Positions 39,518 to 49,033 of a stretch of DNA of 64,000 bases are shown piece by piece (the stretch's first letter is position 1; each line of letters opens with the position of its first letter). The DNA lies in contig CAXXVD010000002.1 in assembly GCA_963662335.2 (NCBI GenBank), positions 768,001 to 832,000 on the forward strand, given 5' to 3'. A program made the translations under genes and the position numbers. The stretch is from Chloroflexota bacterium (GTDB taxonomy: Bacteria > Chloroflexota > UBA11872 > VXOZ01). Under the pieces are notes generated by a model, which worked only from the letters and a program-made list of their open reading frames with translations, was not told the origin of the DNA and did no database searches.

Positions 39518-40567
39518 GTGAGCGCAACGCACGCCGTTTCCGCCGCTTCTCAGTTGGGAGAGCCGCCTGCGCCTGGCGGCCTGGCGCGGCGCGCGGTGCG
39601 GTTCGTGCGGGCGCGGATAGGGCTGCTTTCCAATAGTCCGCGGCTCATCAGCGACCCGGAGTTCTTCACAAGCCGGTCGGTCATCCAGTCGCTGGTGACG
39701 AACGTGTTGGCGGTACCGGAGATACCCTACGCCGAGCCGCTGGACGCGCGCATGGTCGTTCTGGACGTGCCTGAGGCGTCGCCGGCGGTGCGCGTGGGAG
39801 AGGATGAGGTTCTTGCCGTAGCGGACTTCAGCGCGTTGGCGGCGGCGTGTTCAGACCGGCGCTGCACGTTGTTTGGCAACCTGGGGGTGTTCTTTCGCTT
39901 TGGGCTGGCGGTATTGGAGCGGCGGCACGGGATTTGCAGCTTCCACGCCTCGGCGTTGTACCGGCCCGACCGCAACGAACTGCTGCTCGTGGTCGGCGGC
40001 GCCGGCGCGGGCAAGACGGTCTTCCTGCTGGAGGGGCTGCGGCGCGGCTACCAGGTTTTCAGCACGGAGATGACGCATCTGGAGTTTCGCGGCGGCGACG
40101 TCGTGTTCCACAAGGGGTCGCTGGTGGACAACATCCGGCTGGGTAGCTTTGTGTACGATTTTCCCGACGCGGCGGCGCGGCTCGGCCTGGACTTGCCTGA
40201 GGTGGAGAACGTGTGGGGGCACAAACTGGCGGTGGATCTCGCGCCGGTGGCGCCGGCGGCCGACGAGTTGGTCAATCCGCGGCTCTCGCTGCTCTTTCCC
40301 AAGATCGAATCGGGACGCGCGACGGCGGTGGTGTCGGACGTTGAGCCGGGCCCAAAGATGGTCAAGCTGCTCTTCGATAACGCATCGGAAAAGATCGGCG
40401 GCACGGCGTTGCTCTACGACCGCATCCCGCTGCCGGGCACGGACGCGCCGGACATCGCCGCCAAGCGGCTGGACGCCATGCGGCGCCTGGTGCACGAGCA
40501 TACCGGCTTGATTGCCCGCGCGAAGGACATCCTGGCCGGTACGCACAATTGCATGGAGGGATTGTAG
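39518..40567 (+). CDS. HprK-related P-loop kinase-like protein
   Basis: 'FHASAL...LLVVGGAGAGKT' resembles the HPr-kinase C-terminal fold; GGAGG RBS before GTG 39518. Confidence 0.6.
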   Translation: MSATHAVSAASQLGEPPAPGGLARRAVRFVRARIGLLSNSPRLISDPEFFTSRSVIQSLVTNVLAVPEIPYAEPLDARMVVLDVPEASPAVRVGEDEVLAVADFSALAAACSDRRCTLFGNLGVFFRFGLAVLERRHGICSFHASALYRPDRNELLLVVGGAGAGKTVFLLEGLRRGYQVFSTEMTHLEFRGGDVVFHKGSLVDNIRLGSFVYDFPDAAARLGLDLPEVENVWGHKLAVDLAPVAPAADELVNPRLSLLFPKIESGRATAVVSDVEPGPKMVKLLFDNASEKIGGTALLYDRIPLPGTDAPDIAAKRLDAMRRLVHEHTGLIARAKDILAGTHNCMEGL

Positions 40568-40626
40568 GCAGGGCGGTAGGATGAAACGCCCTGCCATTGC
40601 CGGTGGTAGCCTCCGGTCGCCAAGAG

Positions 40627-40778
40627 GCGGGGGACAAGCCCCCGCGCTACATTGAGGGAAGAGCGCTTCGACAGGCTCAGCGCGAACGGACGAGAACTAG
40701 CTGTCATTCCGAGCGCAGCGAGGAATCTAGGGGGCCCTACGCGCGAGATTCTTCGTCGCTGCGCTCCTCAGAATGACA
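40627..40778. repeat. Mosaic repeat cluster (A, F, family-B inverted pair)
   Basis: REP A inverse, cttcgacaggctcagcgcgaacgg, and tgtcattccgagcgcagcgaggaatct...agattcttcgtcgctgcgctcctcagaatgaca. Confidence 0.8.
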
Positions 40779-40829
40779 ATGAGCAATCCTAATGAACGGT
40801 CAAATCGCACAATAAGGAGAGTTCAGCCT

Positions 40830-41633
40830 ATGCCACAGGCCTGGGAAGGAATTGTCGAGCCGCCGGTGCGCACCCGCGTCACCGCCAAGCCGCGCGCTAC
40901 CGGCTACACGATGGTGTTGGACAAAGGGTTGGGCCTCAACGCCACCGCCGACCTGATGCAGATGGCGGCCCACGTCATCGACTCGCTCAAGCTCACGTTC
41001 GGCACCTCGGCGTTCTATGAGGAGCGCGTGCTGCGGGAGAAGATCGGCCTGGTGCAGGCGGCCGGCGTGGACATCTACCCCGGCGGCACGTTTCTGGAGG
41101 CGGCGGTGGTGCAGGGCAAATTGCCGGCCTACGTCGCGCGCGCCAGAGAGCTTGGCTTCAACACCATCGAGGTCTCCGACGGCACCATCGAGATGGACGC
41201 CGCCACCCGGAACGACATCATCGCCCGCGCGTTGGACGCCGGCTTCAAGGTGCTCACCGAGGTGGGCAAGAAAGACCCGAAAGACGCCATCGCCACCACC
41301 ACCATGCACGAGCAGATTGCCAGCGACCTGGCGCAGGGCGCGCATAAGGTCATCGTGGAGGCGCGGGAATCCGGCCACGGCGTGGGCATCTTCGACGCCG
41401 GCGGCGACGTGCAGACCGAAATGGTGCAGGAAATCCTGGGCGGCGTGAACAACGTGGACGACCTCATCTGGGAAGCGCCGATCAAGAACCAGCAGCAGTG
41501 GCTGATTCTCGAGTTCGGCCCGAACGTCAATCTGGGCAACATCCCGCCGGAGGACATCCTGGCGTTGGAAGCGCTGCGCTGCGGCATGAGGGGCGATACG
41601 CTGAAACGGGCCGTGGCCGGGACGTGGCCGTAG
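40830..41633 (+). CDS. comA: Phosphosulfolactate synthase (ComA family)
   Basis: 'KPR.TG.TMVLDKGLG', 'KLTFGTS', 'PGGTFLE', 'IEVSDG', 'EVGKK', 'VEARESG', 'WEAP', 'GPNVNLGNI', 'LEALRCG.RGDT'. Confidence 0.92.
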   Translation: MPQAWEGIVEPPVRTRVTAKPRATGYTMVLDKGLGLNATADLMQMAAHVIDSLKLTFGTSAFYEERVLREKIGLVQAAGVDIYPGGTFLEAAVVQGKLPAYVARARELGFNTIEVSDGTIEMDAATRNDIIARALDAGFKVLTEVGKKDPKDAIATTTMHEQIASDLAQGAHKVIVEARESGHGVGIFDAGGDVQTEMVQEILGGVNNVDDLIWEAPIKNQQQWLILEFGPNVNLGNIPPEDILALEALRCGMRGDTLKRAVAGTWP

Positions 41634-41718
41634 GATTGACGCCCACTGCGGAAAGGCCGGAAGCGCAGTTTTGCAGCCTGCGCGGGAGCACAAATAGAGC
41701 GCGGGCGCGGCGCCAATG

Positions 41719-41876
41719 CCATTCCGAGCGCAGCGAGGAATCTCGTGCCTTCCTACGACCTGCCACATGGCGTAAGCGCTGTAGATTCCTCACTGCGCTC
41801 CGTTCGGAATGACATGACTGCGCTGCGCTCCGTTCGGAATGACATGACTGCGCCGCGCTCCGTTCGGAATGACATG
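41719..41876. repeat. Family-B inverted pair followed by 3 x 30-bp tandem
   Basis: Unit gcgctccgttcggaatgacatgactgcgct repeated from about 41795. Confidence 0.85.
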
Positions 41877-41992
41877 GGCAAGATTATGCGTTTCACGATT
41901 GGCCCATGCTTTTCGCGGTTTGCACGGCCTGGGCGAATGTAGCATGATTAAGCGGAAGCGTCTGCGCCCATGGGCTAATCAGGAGGTCGGTT

Positions 41993-42958
41993 GTGGGAGA
42001 ACCGTACGCGTTTTTCGAAGGCAACGTGGTGCCGCTGGCTGAAGCCAAAGTCGGCATCATGACCCACGCGCTCAACTACGGCACCGGCTGTTTTGAGGGC
42101 ATCCGGGGCTACTGGGTGCCGGAGGACGAGCAGGTCTATCTCTTTCGCGCCCGCGAGCACTTCGAGCGCCTGCACCGCTCCGCGCACATCCTGCGCATGA
42201 AGGTGCGCTTCAGTCCCGCGGAACTCACGCAAATGGCCTGCGACCTGGTGGCAACGTGCGGCTGGCGGGAGGACGTCTACGTGCGCCCGCTGGTCTACAA
42301 GAGCGCCGAGCAAGTGGGCCTCTCCCTGGTGCGCAAGGCCGCCGACGGCGGCCTTGAGGACGTGGAAAACGATTTCTTCATGTTCACCGTGCCCTTTGGC
42401 GCGTATCTGGACCTGGATAAACCCATTCGCGTCACGGTCTCGCCCTGGCGGCGCATCGACGACAACGTGATTCCGCCGCGGGCGAAAGTCACCGGCCTCT
42501 ACATCAACTCGGCGCTGGCGACCTCCGACGCCAAGATACTGGGCTTCGACGAAGCCATCATGCTGAACGGCGACGGCACCGTCTCGGAAGGCCCGGGCGA
42601 AAACATCTTCCTGCTGCGCGACGGCAAGCTCATCACCACCGGCCCGGACTCCAACATCCTGGAAGGCATCACGCGCCACGCGGTGATGACGCTGGCGCGG
42701 GATGAACTGGGCCTCCAGGTGGAGGAACGGCGCGTGGCGCGCACGGAACTCTACGTGGCCGACGAACTCTTTTTCACCGGCACGGCGGCGCAAATTTCGG
42801 CCATCGGCGAGGTGGACGGCCGCGTAATTGGCAACGGCGAAATCGGCCCGGTGACGGCTCAGTTGCAGGAAGCCTTCTTCGACGCCGTGCGCAACCGCAA
42901 TCCGAAGTACGCGGATTGGTGCGCCGCCGCCTATCCGGTGGGCGCTGGGGTGAAGTAG
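41993..42958 (+). CDS. ilvE: Branched-chain amino acid aminotransferase
   Basis: 'HALNYGTGCFEGIR', 'RAKVTGLYINS', 'EG.GENIF', 'LEGITR', 'ELFFTGTAA'. Confidence 0.95.
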   Translation: MGEPYAFFEGNVVPLAEAKVGIMTHALNYGTGCFEGIRGYWVPEDEQVYLFRAREHFERLHRSAHILRMKVRFSPAELTQMACDLVATCGWREDVYVRPLVYKSAEQVGLSLVRKAADGGLEDVENDFFMFTVPFGAYLDLDKPIRVTVSPWRRIDDNVIPPRAKVTGLYINSALATSDAKILGFDEAIMLNGDGTVSEGPGENIFLLRDGKLITTGPDSNILEGITRHAVMTLARDELGLQVEERRVARTELYVADELFFTGTAAQISAIGEVDGRVIGNGEIGPVTAQLQEAFFDAVRNRNPKYADWCAAAYPVGAGVK

Positions 42959-43080
42959 GCGCAATTCCCGCGCCGCCGCAGCCGCCCGGCTGCCGCGCTG
43001 CCGCCTCGTGGCGGCGCGCCGGCCCAGCGCGGGCCGCGGGCGTTGCGCGCGCCAGGGCGAAGCCCCGCCAAAGGAGTGCC

Positions 43081-43458
43081 ATGGCAAAGCAAACGCGCAC
43101 CGGCGCCGGGCTCGAGCTTGTGTCCGGCTACCGCTGTTGGACCGATAAGGCGTTCCTTGCGCTTCTAATTCTGGCCCTGCTTATCAACGCGGTAGTCTTC
43201 CTCGCCGTCCTGGACGTCTACCCGCGCTTGCCGGAGCGGCTGCCGGTGCTCTTCAACGCCCAGGGACAGGCCGATTTCGTGGCCAACAAGGCGCACCTCT
43301 TCCGCCTGCCGTTGGGCGCGCTGCTGGTGACGCTTTTCAGTTGTTTGGCGAGCGCGCTCTTGCTGCGCGGCAGCCCCTTCTGCGCCCGCATGGCTATGTT
43401 GGCAAGTTGCTGGACGGGTCTGCTGCTCCTGGGCGGCCTCTGGTTCATCACCGCTTGA
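43081..43458 (+). CDS. Small membrane protein, DUF1648-like
   Basis: Three hydrophobic helices, 'LPERLPVLFNAQGQAD'; AAGGAG RBS. Confidence 0.6.
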   Translation: MAKQTRTGAGLELVSGYRCWTDKAFLALLILALLINAVVFLAVLDVYPRLPERLPVLFNAQGQADFVANKAHLFRLPLGALLVTLFSCLASALLLRGSPFCARMAMLASCWTGLLLLGGLWFITA

Positions 43459-43477
43459 CGAAAGGAGAACATGCTTC

Positions 43478-44221
43478 ATGCAATTGGAGGGAAAGAGCGC
43501 CATCGTCACCGGCGGCGCCACCGGCATCGGCCGCGCGGTCTGCCTGAGTTTGGCCCGTGAAGGCGCGAACGTGGTCGTCAACTACTCGAAGTCGCAAGAA
43601 GAGGCGGAGCAGACCGCCCGCGACGCCACCGCGGCCGGCGGCAGCGGCGTGCCGTTCCGCGCCGACGTGGCCGATGAAGGCAAGGTCAAGGAGATGGTGG
43701 CCTTTGCCCATGAATCTTTTGGCCGCGTGGACGCGCTGGTGAACAACGCGGGCTATACCCAGTTCATCGCTCACACCGAACTCGACAAACTCACGGACGA
43801 ACTCTGGGACCGCATCTACGCGGTGAACGTGAAAGGCGCGTTCTACGGCATCCGCGCCGTGACGCCCATCATGCAGGCGCAGGGCAGCGGCAGCATCGTG
43901 AACATCGCGTCGGTGGCCGGCATCACCGGCGGCGGCAGTTCGGTGCCGTACGCCGCCTCCAAGGCCGCGCTCATCGCCCTCACCAAGTCCATGGCCGCCG
44001 CCCTGGGGCCGGCAATCCGGGTGAACACGGTGTCGCCGGGACTCATCTACACGCGCTGGACGGAGAACTACCCGGACCGCAACGAGGAAATTCGCCAGGG
44101 CACCATCATGCAGCGCCTGGGCACGCCGGCAGACATCGCCGCCGCGGCACACTACCTGATCTGCAACGCCGATTGGGTGACCGGGCAGAACATCGTCATC
44201 GACGGCGGACGTGGAGTCTGA
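43478..44221 (+). CDS. SDR family oxidoreductase
   Basis: TGGATGIG, NNAG, YAASK, 'VTGQ'. Confidence 0.93.
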   Translation: MQLEGKSAIVTGGATGIGRAVCLSLAREGANVVVNYSKSQEEAEQTARDATAAGGSGVPFRADVADEGKVKEMVAFAHESFGRVDALVNNAGYTQFIAHTELDKLTDELWDRIYAVNVKGAFYGIRAVTPIMQAQGSGSIVNIASVAGITGGGSSVPYAASKAALIALTKSMAAALGPAIRVNTVSPGLIYTRWTENYPDRNEEIRQGTIMQRLGTPADIAAAAHYLICNADWVTGQNIVIDGGRGV

Positions 44222-44270
44222 TGACGTTTCCCGAGAGTATGAAGGCGCCGCTACGGAAGGATTTTCACCG

Positions 44271-44783
44271 ATGCCGGTTGACGAGACATTCCTGGCCGAG
44301 ATGACGATACGCCCGTATCAGGCGGACGATGAGGCGCGGGTGAAGGAACTGACGATTGCCGCGTTCACCGGCGTCAGCATCGAGCACAACATCGAGAATA
44401 GCTGGCCCGGCCTCCTGCCCGTGCCCTGGGGCGAGCGCAAGTGGCCCATGGTGGCCGGCGATCTGAGCGACCATCCGGAAGACTGCTTTGTCGCTGAGTA
44501 CAAGGGCGAATTAATCGCGTTCGCCACTACGCGCATCAACCGCGCCAACAGCGTGGGCGGGATTCCCGATATGGCGGTGGACGCGCGCTTTCGCGGCAAG
44601 GGCATCGGCCGCAAGCTGCTGGAGCACTGCCTGGCGTATTTTCGCGCCCAGAAGCTGACGCTGGCGCGCATCGAGACCCTTGACCAGAACCCCATCGGCC
44701 GCCACCTGTACCCGGACCTGGGCTTCGAGGAGGTGGCGCGGCAGATCTTCTACGCCATGCCGCTGGAGCCGGAGGACGGGTAG
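44271..44783 (+). CDS. GNAT family acetyltransferase
   Basis: 'AVDARFRGKGIGRKLL', 'HLY..LGF'; start could extend to 44211. Confidence 0.85.
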   Translation: MPVDETFLAEMTIRPYQADDEARVKELTIAAFTGVSIEHNIENSWPGLLPVPWGERKWPMVAGDLSDHPEDCFVAEYKGELIAFATTRINRANSVGGIPDMAVDARFRGKGIGRKLLEHCLAYFRAQKLTLARIETLDQNPIGRHLYPDLGFEEVARQIFYAMPLEPEDG

Positions 44784-44915
44784 CGCGGGAATTTGCAAGC
44801 GCGCTCCCCCGGTAGGGGCACGGCATGCCGTGCCCCTACCGCGGCCCGCCAACTGTCCCCGTTGGCGCTCGGTTTTGCGCTCGAATAGGGCCGGCGTTCC
44901 ACGAGGAAGAACGGC

Positions 44916-45809
44916 ATGAACATCGGCGTGATCGGGCCGGGGCGCGTGGGCGGCGGACTGGCGCGCCTGCTGGCGGAACGCGGCTACGCGGCGCGCGCCG
45001 TTGCCGGCAGGACGCCGGAACGCGCCCAGAACCTGGCCGCCTCCCTGCCGGCGTGCGAGGCCGTCCCGGCGCAAGAAGTGGCTGACACTTGCGACCTGGT
45101 CTTCATCACCACGCCGGATAGCGCCATCGCAGCCGTGGCGCGCGCCGTATCCTGGCGGCCGGGACAAGGCGTCGTCCATTGCAGCGGCGCGTTGCCGGCG
45201 GCGGCGCTGGCGATGGTAGAAAAGTTTGGCGCGTTGCCCGGCGCGTTCCACCCGTTGCAGACTTTGCCGGACGCCCAGGCGGCGTGCGCAAATCTACCCG
45301 GCTCGTTCGTCGCCATCGAAGCGGCGGAGCCGCTCCTGGGGCGGCTTACGGCAATCGCGGACGCTCTCGGGTGCGCGTGGGGCTACGTGCCGCCGGCGTC
45401 GCGGCCGGCCTACCACGCCGCGGCGGTGTTGGTTTCGAATTACACGGTCGCCCTGGCCCACGCCGGCGTCGAACTCTGGCGCGCAATCGGCAAGACCGAA
45501 CCGGAAGCCCTGGAAGCGCTGGCGCCCTTGCTGCACGGTACGGCGCGCAACCTCCGCCGCCTGGGTCCCGCGGCAGCCCTTACCGGCCCGGCCGCGCGCG
45601 GCGACTGGGCAACGGTGGCAATGAACCTGACGGCCATCGACCAGGCCGCGCCGCAACACACGTTCACCTACGCTGCAATGGCGCTGGGGATGATATACAA
45701 TGACCTCGCGCCCGCCGGCGGCAGCGATGAAGCCGGCGCCACGGACGCAGTCGAGAAGGAATTGCGCTCTCTGCTGTGCGCAGCCATGAAAGACCGGGAG
45801 AGACCATGA
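44916..45809 (+). CDS. Rossmann-fold + DUF2520 protein (PanG-like ketopantoate reductase candidate)
   Basis: 'IGPGRVG', 'VHCSG', 'FHPLQT', 'YHAAAV..SN', 'ALTGPAARGD'; ATGA-coupled to panB. Confidence 0.85.
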   Translation: MNIGVIGPGRVGGGLARLLAERGYAARAVAGRTPERAQNLAASLPACEAVPAQEVADTCDLVFITTPDSAIAAVARAVSWRPGQGVVHCSGALPAAALAMVEKFGALPGAFHPLQTLPDAQAACANLPGSFVAIEAAEPLLGRLTAIADALGCAWGYVPPASRPAYHAAAVLVSNYTVALAHAGVELWRAIGKTEPEALEALAPLLHGTARNLRRLGPAAALTGPAARGDWATVAMNLTAIDQAAPQHTFTYAAMALGMIYNDLAPAGGSDEAGATDAVEKELRSLLCAAMKDRERP

Positions 45810-46678
45810 GCGCCGCGCGCGCCACCACCGCCGATCTCAAGCGGATGAAGGCGGAGGGACGCAAGATCGTCATGCTCACGGCGTACGACGCGCCGCTGGC
45901 GCACTTTGTGGAAGCCGCCGGCGTGCCCGCGATTCTGGTGGGCGACAGCCTGGGCAATACGGTGCTGGGCCACGACAACACCCTGCCGGTCACGATGGAC
46001 GACATGGTGCGCCATACCCAGGCCGTGGCGCGCGGCACGCGCCGGGCGCTGGTGATTGCCGACATGCCGTTCCTCTCGTATCAAGTCTCCGACGAGCAGG
46101 CGCTGCGCAACGCCGGCCGGCTGGTGCAGGAAGGCGGTGCGCACGGGGTGAAGCTGGAAGGCGGCAAGGGCGCCGTGGCCGCAACCGCGCGCCTGGTGGC
46201 GGCCGGCATTCCGGTGATGGGGCACCTGGGCCTGACGCCGCAGTCGGTGCACCAACTGGGCGGCTACCGCGCGCGGGGGCGCACGCTGGCTGAGGCGGAG
46301 GAGATCCAGCAGGAGGCGCTCGCCCTGGAGCGCGCGGGCGCGTTTGCTGTCGTCCTGGAGAGCATTCCGGCGGCGCTGGCGCGGAAGATTACCGAGTCGC
46401 TCACCGTCCCCACCATCGGCATCGGCGCGGGCGTGCATTGCGACGGGCAGATTCAAGTGCTGCACGACCTTGTGGGCCTGAATCCGGACGCCGCGCAGCC
46501 GCGCCACGCCAAGGCGTACGCCAACCTGGGAGAAACGCTGCGCGCCGCCGTAGAAACGTACGCGCGGGAAGTGGAATCCGGCGCGTTTCCTGCGCCGGAA
46601 CACAGCTTCAAGCTGCCCAACGACGTGGCCCGCGCGCTGCGCGGCAAGGCCCCGGTTCCCGCCGCCGACCAGGGTTGA
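45806..46678 (+). CDS. panB: 3-methyl-2-oxobutanoate hydroxymethyltransferase
   Basis: 'MLTAYD', 'LVGDSLG', 'ADMPF', 'VKLEG', 'GHLGLTPQ', 'IGIGAG..CDGQ'. Confidence 0.97.
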   Translation: MSAARATTADLKRMKAEGRKIVMLTAYDAPLAHFVEAAGVPAILVGDSLGNTVLGHDNTLPVTMDDMVRHTQAVARGTRRALVIADMPFLSYQVSDEQALRNAGRLVQEGGAHGVKLEGGKGAVAATARLVAAGIPVMGHLGLTPQSVHQLGGYRARGRTLAEAEEIQQEALALERAGAFAVVLESIPAALARKITESLTVPTIGIGAGVHCDGQIQVLHDLVGLNPDAAQPRHAKAYANLGETLRAAVETYAREVESGAFPAPEHSFKLPNDVARALRGKAPVPAADQG

Positions 46679-46693
46679 CGGTTGCGCGCCGCC

Positions 46694-47545
46694 ATGCAAG
46701 TCCTGCGCACGATTCCAGAGTTACGCGCCGCCCGCCGCGCGGCCCGCGGCAGCGTTGGCCTCGTGCCCACCATGGGCTACCTGCACGCGGGCCACCTGGC
46801 GCTGGCGCAGGCCGCCCGCGCGCAGAACGATCACTGCTGGGCCACGTTGTTCGTCAATTCACTGCAATTCGGCTCCGGCGAAGACTTTGCCACCTATCCG
46901 CGCGATCTGCCCCGCGACTTTGCCCTCTTCCGGGAGGCCGGCGTGGACGCGGTTTTCGCGCCGGCAGCGGAGACGATGTACGCTCCCGGCTTTAGCACGT
47001 TCGTTGAGGTGGAGCATCTCACTGAGCGCCTGGAGGGCGCGGCGCGGCCCGGGCACTTCCGGGGCGTCACCACCGTGGTCTGCAAATTGCTCAACATCGC
47101 GCAGCCCGACCGCGCCTACTTTGGCCGCAAGGACGCCCAGCAACTGCGCGTCATCCAGCGCATGGTGCGCGACCTGGACATCCCCACTGAGATCGTGCCG
47201 ATCGACACGGTGCGCGAAGCCGACGGCCTGGCGCTGGCCAGCCGCAACGTCCACCTGAAACCGGCGGAACGCCAAGCCGCGACCGCCCTCTACCAGGCGC
47301 TCCAGGCGGCGGCGGCACGCCATGCCGCCGGTGAACGCGACGCCGACGCCCTGCGCGCCGCCATGCGCGACGTTCTGGCGCGCGAACCCCTCGTCCAGGT
47401 GGATTACGTGAGCATTGCCGACGACGAAACCCTGGCGGAACTGGCAACCGTAACCGGCCCGGCGCTCGCCTCGCTCGCCGCGCGCATCGGCGCCACGCGC
47501 CTCATCGACGCCATCGAATTAGGCCGCGATGACACCGCCTCATAG
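46694..47545 (+). CDS. panC: Pantoate--beta-alanine ligase
   Basis: 'VPTMGYLHAGH', 'RPGHFRGV', 'FGRKDAQQ', 'READGLALASRN', 'RLID'. Confidence 0.97.
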   Translation: MQVLRTIPELRAARRAARGSVGLVPTMGYLHAGHLALAQAARAQNDHCWATLFVNSLQFGSGEDFATYPRDLPRDFALFREAGVDAVFAPAAETMYAPGFSTFVEVEHLTERLEGAARPGHFRGVTTVVCKLLNIAQPDRAYFGRKDAQQLRVIQRMVRDLDIPTEIVPIDTVREADGLALASRNVHLKPAERQAATALYQALQAAAARHAAGERDADALRAAMRDVLAREPLVQVDYVSIADDETLAELATVTGPALASLAARIGATRLIDAIELGRDDTAS

Positions 47546-47671
47546 AAGTCTGGCCGGCAATGGCAAGCGCAGGTGGATTCCGTCCCGCCATGAAAAGACC
47601 ATCCCCGGACTTCAACTCGCCAGTCAGAGATAGTGTTAGCGATTGACGGGCAAAGCGAGAGAGCATGTTCC

Positions 47672-47706
47672 GTGTAAAATTGAAAGTACTACTTTCAATT
47701 TTACAC
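47672..47706. promoter_or_regulatory. Perfect 17-1-17 AT-rich palindrome, candidate operator upstream of terC
   Basis: gtgtaaaattgaaagta-c-tactttcaattttacac, with exactly complementary arms. Confidence 0.6.
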
Positions 47707-47964
47707 ATCCCACGCGCTAGCGGCCTTCATAGGCGTCTATTGCCCCACGGCCAAGCAGACGCGCCCAGCAGCGCCGACAGCGTATGCGTCCCATTCCGTA
47801 CACGTGACGCTCAGGCCGTGGTTGCGTTACTATGGGAGTCGTGCGCTCACGCGACATTTCACGGCTTCTAGCGGGAGACGGCGCCGTAGTACCGGCGCCT
47901 TAATTGTGTCACGCGCGCAGGCGCCACGCACCGACTATTCTCTACATCGACGAAGGATGCAACG

Positions 47965-48963
47965 ATGCTCGGAACGATGAACTCACCGGTACTCTGGATC
48001 GGCTTCACTGCCGTTGTCCTGACCCTGCTGATCCTCGACCTGCTGGTCTTCCACCGGGGCGCGCACGTGATCAAGCCGCGCGAAGCCGCCACCTGGGTTG
48101 CCATCTGGGTCAGCCTGGCCCTGGCGTTTGCCGTGGGCATGTTCATCTTTGCCGGCGCCGAACGCGGCACCGAGTTCATCACCGGCTATCTCATCGAGTG
48201 GACCCTGAGCGTCGATAACCTCTTCGTCTTCCTCATCATCTTCACGTACTTCGCGGTGCCCCACGAATACCGCTACAACGTGCTCTTCTGGGGCATCCTG
48301 GCCGCCATCATCCTGCGGGGCACGTTCATTCTCATTGGCGCGGCCCTGCTCGCGTCGTTCCACTGGATGATCTTCGTCTTTGGCGGCTTCCTGATCTACA
48401 CCGGCATTCGCATCCTGCTCAAGGGCGATGAGGATACGGACCCGGAGCGCAACTTCGCCGTGCGCGTGTTCCGCAAGATCCTGCCCAGCACCGCCAACTA
48501 CCACGGCGGCAGCTACATCGTCAAGGTGGACGGCCGCTGGCTGGCGACGCCGCTGCTGCTCGTGCTGCTGGTGGTGAACGTGACCGACGTGGTCTTTGCC
48601 CTGGATTCCGTGCCGGCGATCTTCGCGATCACGCGCGAACCTTTCATCGTCTACTCGGCCAACATCTTCGCCATCCTCGGCCTGCGCGCGCTCTACTTCC
48701 TGCTGGCGAACCTGATGGACCGCTTCCACTACCTGAGCGTGGGACTCGGTCTGGTGCTGGTCTTCGTGGGTGTCAAGATGGTGGTGGGCGACTTCCACGA
48801 CGTGCCCAAGGGCGACCACTTCTTTACGCCGGTGCTCAAGGGCATCGAAACGGTGGCGACCGCGTTCCACGATCAGCCGGTCTACTCCCTGGCCGTGGTG
48901 GGCATTTTGCTGGGCGGGTCGGTGATCGCCTCGCTGCTGCGGCCTGCGGACGCCGGGGAGTGA
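47965..48963 (+). CDS. terC: TerC/Alx family membrane protein
   Basis: 'GYLIEWTLSVDNLFVF', 'VLFWGI', 'DVVFALDSVPAIFA', 'NIFAILGLRALYF'. Confidence 0.92.
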   Translation: MLGTMNSPVLWIGFTAVVLTLLILDLLVFHRGAHVIKPREAATWVAIWVSLALAFAVGMFIFAGAERGTEFITGYLIEWTLSVDNLFVFLIIFTYFAVPHEYRYNVLFWGILAAIILRGTFILIGAALLASFHWMIFVFGGFLIYTGIRILLKGDEDTDPERNFAVRVFRKILPSTANYHGGSYIVKVDGRWLATPLLLVLLVVNVTDVVFALDSVPAIFAITREPFIVYSANIFAILGLRALYFLLANLMDRFHYLSVGLGLVLVFVGVKMVVGDFHDVPKGDHFFTPVLKGIETVATAFHDQPVYSLAVVGILLGGSVIASLLRPADAGE

Positions 48964-49033
48964 CCCGGCTGCGGCAATAGGACTCCTGCCTTAGACACCC
49001 TCTAACTTGGAGAGGGAGAGGGAACCGGGGAGA

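Noticed and set aside
47545-47965. yybP-ykoY riboswitch upstream of terC
   Set aside because: I could not find the conserved GGGGAGUAG-type core by eye; an Rfam scan would be needed.
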